From assembly GCA_963707025.1 (NCBI GenBank), contig CAVPOM010000018.1, forward strand, positions 128,001-192,000: a stretch of DNA of 64,000 nucleotides. The letters are read 5' to 3'. Source of the DNA: an uncultured Verrucomicrobiae bacterium (GTDB lineage Bacteria; Verrucomicrobiota; Verrucomicrobiia; Limisphaerales; Palsa-1400). This document shows positions 58,421 through 64,000 of the stretch, in pieces (the first letter of the stretch is position 1; each line of letters opens with the position of its first letter). A program made the position numbers and the translations under genes. Below the pieces are notes generated by a model. That model was not told the origin of the DNA. It saw only the letters and a list, made by a program, of their open reading frames with translations, and ran no database searches.

Positions 58421-59424
58421 GAGCGTTTCCATAAATGATATAGCTTGACTGGGGCGAGAGGGCTGGCAGGCTTGAGCCATGCGAGCGATACCCGTGTCTG
58501 CGCGCGAGCGCATCCTGCAACTCTATGAACAAGGCAAAAGCACCCGCGAGATCGCGGACTTTTTCGGCTTTTGCGTGGCGGCGGTGCGCCGGGTCCGACA
58601 GCAGTTCCAAGAGCGCGGCACGCTCCAGCCGCAAACCCATTTGTGCGGGCGCAAAACGCTGCTGAACGCCGGACGCCAGGCTCGCCTGCAAAAGCTGGTG
58701 GCGGCCCAGCCCGACGCGACGTTGGCCGAGTTGGGGGCGCGTCTGGACCGCCCTTTCGGGACCTCCACTGTGGATTTGTGGCTGCGCAAACTGGGGTTGA
58801 GCTATAAAAAAAACGCTCTGCGCCGCCGAGCAGAACCGTCCGGACGTGGCCGAAAAGCGGGCCCATTGGCATGAGCGTCTGGCAAGTGACCCACCTGCCC
58901 GACTGGTCTTCGTGGATGAAAGCGGGGCCAACACCAAGATGACCCGTTTTTGCGGGCGGTCACCCGTGGGCCGAAGACTGGCGGCCCACGTCCCGCAGGG
59001 ACATTATCAGACCACCACCCTGGTCTGCGCCATTCGTCTGGCCGGGCCTGCGGCCCCCTGCCTCTTTGAGGGGGCCATGGACGGGGAAATGTTTTTGGCC
59101 TGGATCCAGCAGGGGCTGGTGGTGGAGTTGCGCAAGGGTGACTTGGTCATCATGGACAACTTGGCCACGCATAAGGTGACCGGAGTCCGCCAAGCCATCG
59201 AAGAGGCCGGGGCAACGCTGCTGTATCTGCCGCCCTATTCGCCAGACTTTAATCCCATCGAAAATATGTGGAGCAAGGTCAAACAAATTATGCGAGGTCT
59301 CGCGCCGCGAACCGCCAAGGAACTGCTCCAAGCGGCGAAGATTGCCTTTGAAGCCATCTCCACCGCCGATTGCCGGGGCTTCTTTTTAAACGCCCGCTAC
59401 GCTACATGATTTATGGAAATGCTC
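58421..59424 (+). mobile_element. IS630-family insertion sequence, complete
   Basis: Inverted ends GAGCGTTTCCATAAATGATATAGC and GAGCATTTCCATAAATCATGTAGC (reverse complement), flanked by TA on each side; DDE transposase inside. Confidence 0.93.
58479..59409 (+). CDS. IS630 transposase, OrfA+OrfB joined by a -1 frameshift at the A8 run 58806-58813
   Basis: HTH-like OrfA ending LGLSYKK; OrfB with FVDES, IMDNL..HK and LPPYSPDFNPIE. Confidence 0.9.
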
Positions 59425-59835
59425 TAATCCAATTGTTGTAGTGTCGGCGCTGCGCGCCGATTTCCGCAATTTCCGTATTTTCCCTTTGACAAAGCCGCCC
59501 TTAAAGCCTAATCTTCCCTACGTGAAAAGGGCGGTCAATATGGAGTCGGTGAGCTTCAGTCCCGCGTTTGGATCGGGGACGATTCCATACATAACCAATT
59601 CACTGTACTTTGAGGTTCCCGGCGCATTTCCTGTCCTCCGCAGCTTTCAGCGAAGGAAGATGAGCCTTTTTGCGGCAAATAAACTCAAGTGCCTTTCCAT
59701 GAACCATTTACACGCCAAAATGAGTTTTCCGGGTCAAACCAAGTCAAACCTGGTCAAGGTAGTTTTTTGAACCTCCGTGCCCATCTTTCCATCGCTCCAA
59801 TACATAACCATTTCACTTATGTATTAGCCAAAGAG

Positions 59836-59992
59836 AACCACAGATGAACGCGGATGAGCACCGGTTCAGCGGCACAGAACAGCGGGTTTCTCCGGACGCT
59901 TTCCGGCCACAGGTCGCTGGTGCCAGCTTCACACAGAAAAAAGCACATTATCGCCCCGCCCCATCCGTGTCTATCCGTGTCCATCGGTGGTT
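59836..59992. repeat. Imperfect inverted repeat built from ~10-bp units
   Basis: aaccacagatgaacgcggatga versus atccgtgtctatccgtgtccatcggtggtt. Confidence 0.65.
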
Positions 59993-60032
59993 CCTATTGC
60001 ATTTTTCCGGCTCAGTCTTTAGCCAATCCCCA

Positions 60033-60094
60033 GGTAGGGACGCCGTCCCGATTCGGAATCGGGATCCGGGTCGGCGCAGCGCGCCGACCCTCCC
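60033..60094. repeat. GTAG-type REP-like composite
   Basis: ggtagggacgccgtcccgattcggaatcggga...gggtcggcgc-a-gcgcgccgaccc. Confidence 0.7.
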
Positions 60095-60198
60095 AAAAAT
60101 CCAGATGCGCCAACTCAAGACTCTCCCAATTTGGGATTGCGTAACTTGGCCGTCTGGATAAACTGGCCGAACCCAAAAGCCATGAGGACTATCAATTT

Positions 60199-61566
60199 AT
60201 GAACGATGCCATCAATCGCCGCCTGTTTTTGAAGAAGGCCGGAACCGCGGGCCTCGGCCTCAGCGTGGCCGGTTATTTCGCCTCGTCGTCCGACAGTTGG
60301 GCGCAGACGCCCCCCGCCACGGGACGCACCCTCGGGCCGAACGACAAAATCACCGCCGCGGTCATCGGCACCAACGGCCGGGGCCTGGCCCATGTGGATT
60401 GCCTCCTCGCCCTGAAAGGTGTGGAAATCTCCCATATTTGCGACGTGGACGACCGCGCCATCGCCAAGGGCATCAAGGCCGCCGCCAAAGGGCAGCAGAC
60501 CGCGCCGAAAGGCGCCAAGGATTTTCGGAAGCTGCTGGAAGACAAAACCATTGACGCTGTCACCATCGCCACTCCCGACCACTGGCACGCGCCCATGGCC
60601 ATCCTGGCGCTGCAGGCCGGCAAGCATGTCTATGTGGAAAAGCCGTGCAGCCACAACCCGCGCGAGGGGGAATGGCTGGTCGAGGCGGCGGCGAAAAGCA
60701 AGGGCCTCTGCCAGATGGGCAGCCAGCGCCGCTCCTTTCCCAACACCCAGGCCGCCGTCAAGGCCATTCGCGAGGGGATGATCGGCAAGGCCTACATGGG
60801 CCGTTGCTGGTATGTCAACGACCGCAAATCCATCGGCCACGGCAAGCCGGTGGCGGTGCCGGAGTGGCTCGACTATGAATTGTGGCAGGGTCCCGCCTTG
60901 CGCCGCCCTTACATGAGCAACCTCATTCACTACAACTGGCACTGGTTTTGGAATTACGGCACCGGTGAGGCCCTTAACAACGGCACCCACGAAGTGGATG
61001 TCTGCCGCTGGGCCTTGGGCCTGGATTTTCCCGCCCGCGTCACCTCAAACGGCGGCCGTTATGCTTTTCAGGACGACTGGGAAACGCCCGACACCCAGGT
61101 CATCAGTTGGGATTTCGCGGCGGGCAAAACCATGACGTGGGAAGGCCACAGTTGCAACAACCACCCCATTGAAGGGCTGGAACGCGGCGTCATCATCTAC
61201 GGCACCGGCGGCTGGGCATTGCTCGAAGGCGACAATTGCAAAATTGTGGACAACTCCCGCAAGACGCTTCTCCAGCTCAAAAGCGGCGTGGTGGCCGATC
61301 CCACCAACACCATCAGCGCCACCGGCGCCGACATGGACACCCTCCATTTCAAAAACTTTGTGGACGCCATCCGCCTGGGCACGCCGCTGACCGCCCCGGT
61401 CAGCGAAGGCCACAAGAGCGTGGCCATGCTGCAACTGGGCAACATCGCCTGGCGCACCGGCCGCGCCCTCGATCTGGACAGCAGCAACGGCCACATCAAG
61501 AACGATGCCGAAGCCGCGAAATTGTGGGGGCGCGACTACGCGCCCGGTTGGGAGCCGAAGGTTTGA
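60199..61566 (+). CDS. Tat-exported Gfo/Idh/MocA oxidoreductase
   Basis: NRRLFLK Tat motif, ATPDHWH, YVEKP and QMGSQRR motifs. Confidence 0.93.
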   Translation: MNDAINRRLFLKKAGTAGLGLSVAGYFASSSDSWAQTPPATGRTLGPNDKITAAVIGTNGRGLAHVDCLLALKGVEISHICDVDDRAIAKGIKAAAKGQQTAPKGAKDFRKLLEDKTIDAVTIATPDHWHAPMAILALQAGKHVYVEKPCSHNPREGEWLVEAAAKSKGLCQMGSQRRSFPNTQAAVKAIREGMIGKAYMGRCWYVNDRKSIGHGKPVAVPEWLDYELWQGPALRRPYMSNLIHYNWHWFWNYGTGEALNNGTHEVDVCRWALGLDFPARVTSNGGRYAFQDDWETPDTQVISWDFAAGKTMTWEGHSCNNHPIEGLERGVIIYGTGGWALLEGDNCKIVDNSRKTLLQLKSGVVADPTNTISATGADMDTLHFKNFVDAIRLGTPLTAPVSEGHKSVAMLQLGNIAWRTGRALDLDSSNGHIKNDAEAAKLWGRDYAPGWEPKV

Positions 61567-61585
61567 CCCCCATTCCGCCCCCTCA

Positions 61586-61622
61586 TAATCTTAATCCTAA
61601 TCTTAATCTTAATCTTAATCTC
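61586..61622. repeat. (AATCYT)n hexamer tract, single arm
   Basis: taatcttaatcctaatcttaatcttaatcttaatctc between two co-directional genes. Confidence 0.85.
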
Positions 61623-61665
61623 TTCCGAACCCAATATTTGACACCCAGCCAACTCAAACCCTGCC

Positions 61666-62538
61666 ATGAAAAAATTACCCGCCCTCGCCTGCCTTGCCCT
61701 GCTCGCCAGCCTCTCCCCGGTGCGCGCCGCCGCCGCCGCTGCGCCCACGGACGCCGAGAAGCTGGGCTGGACCCTGGCGCTGCACTCCTATTCCTTCAGG
61801 CTGTTCACCATCTTTGACGCGATAGACAAGACCGCCGCGCTGGGGATCAAACACATGAGCATTTCGGGAAGCGTCCTGCTCTCCGGCACCAATCCGGTCA
61901 CCACGGTCAACGTGGCGGACAAGGACATGGAGGCGATCAAGGCCAAAATGCTGTCCGCCGGGATCAGTTGGCCGTTCGTCAACATTGGCGTGGTGCAACT
62001 GCCGGCCAACGAGGCGCAAAGCCGCAAGGTCTTCGAGTTTGCGCGCAAGTGGGAAATACCCATCCTCGTGGCCGAGCCGAATCCCAATGCGCTGGATGTG
62101 GTGGAAAAGCTGTGCAAGGAATACAACATCAAAGTCGCCATCCACGAGCATAAAAAACCCAATCAATACTGGGACCCGCAGTTCGTCCTCAACGCCATCA
62201 AAGGCCGCGGGCCGCTCATGGGCGCCTGCGCCGATGTGGGCCATTGGGTTCGGTCCGGATTGGACCCGGTGGAATGCCTGAAGAAGCTCGACGGGCATGT
62301 CCTGGCCGTTCATTTCAAGGACCTGGCGGAGAAGGACCCCAACACCCACGATGTCCCCTGGGGCACCGGCGTCTGCAATTCCAAGGGCCTGCTGGAAGAA
62401 CTCAAGCGCCAGCAATTCCACGGCGCCATCTGCGTGGAATACGAATATCACTGGACAACCTCCAGCCCGGAGATCGCCCAGTCCGTCAAATTCTTCAACG
62501 CCACCTGCGCCCAACTGGCCGCGCCGCTGACCAAATGA
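61666..62538 (+). CDS. Exported sugar phosphate isomerase/epimerase (AP_endonuc_2 TIM barrel)
   Basis: Signal peptide, AIHEH, ADVGHW, VHFKD and CVEYE motifs. Confidence 0.9.
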   Translation: MKKLPALACLALLASLSPVRAAAAAAPTDAEKLGWTLALHSYSFRLFTIFDAIDKTAALGIKHMSISGSVLLSGTNPVTTVNVADKDMEAIKAKMLSAGISWPFVNIGVVQLPANEAQSRKVFEFARKWEIPILVAEPNPNALDVVEKLCKEYNIKVAIHEHKKPNQYWDPQFVLNAIKGRGPLMGACADVGHWVRSGLDPVECLKKLDGHVLAVHFKDLAEKDPNTHDVPWGTGVCNSKGLLEELKRQQFHGAICVEYEYHWTTSSPEIAQSVKFFNATCAQLAAPLTK

Positions 62539-63902
62539 AACAGACCTGTTCCCGCCGCCGCTTTCTCAAAGTTTCCGCGCTGGCCGCCGGCGCGGCCGCC
62601 TGGCCCGGCCCGTCCCTCTTGCGGGCGCAGCCCGCGCCCAAACTCAACATCGCCATGATCGGCGTGGGCGGGCAGGGACTTTCCCGGCTCAAGGAAGCCC
62701 TGCAATGCGGCGCCAACATCGTGGCCCTGTGCGACGTGGACGATAAAATGATCGCCGCCGCGCGCCAGGCCACCGCCGCCACCCTGGGCAATCCCAATTC
62801 CTACGTTGACTTCCGCAAAATGCTGGAATCCGAAAAAAGTCTTGACGGAGTGATTATCGCGACGCCGGATCACTGGCACGCGCCCGTCTGCCGGGCGGCC
62901 TTTGCCGCCGGCAAGCACATTTTTTGCGAAAAGCCGCTCGCCCACGCCATTTCCGAAGTGCGCGATTTGCGCGAGCGGGCCGGCCGCTCCAAGGTGGTCA
63001 CGCAGATGGGCAACCAGGGCAGCGCCACCGAAACCATGCGCCGCGGCATTGAACTGATTCAAGGCGGCGCCATCGGGCAGGTCCGCACCGTCCATGTCTG
63101 GGTGGCGAAAAGCGGCTCCTTCAAGCCCGGCCAGGCGGCCCCGACCGGTGAGGACCCCGTGCCCGACGGGCTGCATTGGGACAATTGGATTGGCCCGGCC
63201 TCCTTCCATCCCTACAAAAAAACCATCTATCATCCCAAGGCCTGGCGGGCCTGGTACGATTTTGGCGGCGGCTCAATGGCGGACTGGGGTTGCCACGGCT
63301 TAAACCTTCCCTTCCGCGCCTTGAACCTCGGTTACCCCGCCGAAATCGAAACCGACATGCAGGGCGAAATCTCCGCCTGCTATCCCAAGGACGTGCGCAT
63401 CCACTTCGACTTCGCCGCGCGCGGCGCCTTGCCGGCGGCGACTGTTTGGTGGTATGACGGCGGGCGGCTGCCGCCGACGGACGCGATGCCAAAGGCGATG
63501 ACCGATTTCCTCGGAGAAATGCCGAATGCCGGCGTGTTAATTCTTGGTGACAAAGGATATACCTTTGGCGACCCGCACGCCGGAGCGCGCTTCATCCAGT
63601 TGAACGATGAAAAGGATGTGTCGCCCATCACCAATCATCCCGCCACCCGCGGCATTGCCAAGTCCCTGCCGCGCGTGCGGGGGCACATGCAGGAATGGCT
63701 GGCCGCCTGCCGGACCGGCGACAAAGCAACCCCCTACTCCAATTTTGAACTGGCCGGGCAACTGACCGAAACCGTTCTCTCCGGCGTCGTCGCCCTTCGT
63801 GCCGGCAAAAAGCTGCAATGGGACGGTCCGGGCATGCGGGCCGTCAACGATCCCGAAGCCGCCCAATTCATCCAAGCCAAATACCGCGCCGGCTGGATAT
63901 AA
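62535..63902 (+). CDS. Tat-exported Gfo/Idh/MocA oxidoreductase
   Basis: SRRRFLK Tat motif, ATPDHWH, FCEKPL and TQMGNQG motifs; ATGA overlap start. Confidence 0.93.
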   Translation: MKQTCSRRRFLKVSALAAGAAAWPGPSLLRAQPAPKLNIAMIGVGGQGLSRLKEALQCGANIVALCDVDDKMIAAARQATAATLGNPNSYVDFRKMLESEKSLDGVIIATPDHWHAPVCRAAFAAGKHIFCEKPLAHAISEVRDLRERAGRSKVVTQMGNQGSATETMRRGIELIQGGAIGQVRTVHVWVAKSGSFKPGQAAPTGEDPVPDGLHWDNWIGPASFHPYKKTIYHPKAWRAWYDFGGGSMADWGCHGLNLPFRALNLGYPAEIETDMQGEISACYPKDVRIHFDFAARGALPAATVWWYDGGRLPPTDAMPKAMTDFLGEMPNAGVLILGDKGYTFGDPHAGARFIQLNDEKDVSPITNHPATRGIAKSLPRVRGHMQEWLAACRTGDKATPYSNFELAGQLTETVLSGVVALRAGKKLQWDGPGMRAVNDPEAAQFIQAKYRAGWI

Positions 63903-64000
63903 GATTAGTTGTTACCGTGAGACATTTTGTCCTCTTTCCGAACGAGGGACGTGTGGTGGCGGGTGAGATACCATTCACATCGGACGTATCGGACGAAATA

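Noticed and set aside
59441..59770. 109-aa ORF downstream of the IS
   Set aside because: It starts within a REP, has atypical composition and no motif; treated as non-coding.

Overview
GC-rich bacterial chromosome segment. The gene content suggests Verrucomicrobiota, probably Pedosphaera/Limisphaera-like (inference from the H-X9-DG prepilin-like protein, extended ECF sigma factors, TMTC-like TPR protein and Tat-exported Gfo/Idh/MocA enzymes). It holds about 50 CDS, one tRNA-Arg(CCG) and one complete IS630-family element; no CRISPR or rRNA was seen. Housekeeping genes include hemW, rph, leuC, folP-cdaA-cdaR-glmM, sodA, coaB, an Hsp70 and a transketolase-like gene. These are interspersed with signalling loci: three ECF sigma factors, FecR plus CHASE2 adenylate cyclase, a Ser/Thr kinase, and BlaI plus an M56 protein. 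Small lower-GC islets carry RelE/ParE and MazEF toxin-antitoxin pairs, an ABC-ATPase plus TOPRIM-like pair, and an unknown gene pair. The most notable features are: (1) two transmembrane signal transducers whose extracytoplasmic parts are trimmed pieces of envelope machines (M56 fused to an abbreviated secretin with an internal lipobox; a Ser/Thr kinase fused to Wzc-like and RND-adaptor-like fragments); (2) a candidate anti-phage ATPase/TOPRIM pair with a stop at codon 4; (3) many small repeats, including GTAG-type REPs (one in-frame inside a CDS), (AATCYT)n hairpins and a MITE with terminal inverted repeats and flanking direct repeats; (4) a candidate structured RNA. Four single-base frameshifts, one in the normally essential glmM, suggest assembly indel errors, so pseudogene calls are provisional. 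All family assignments come from motif recognition by eye, not database searches.
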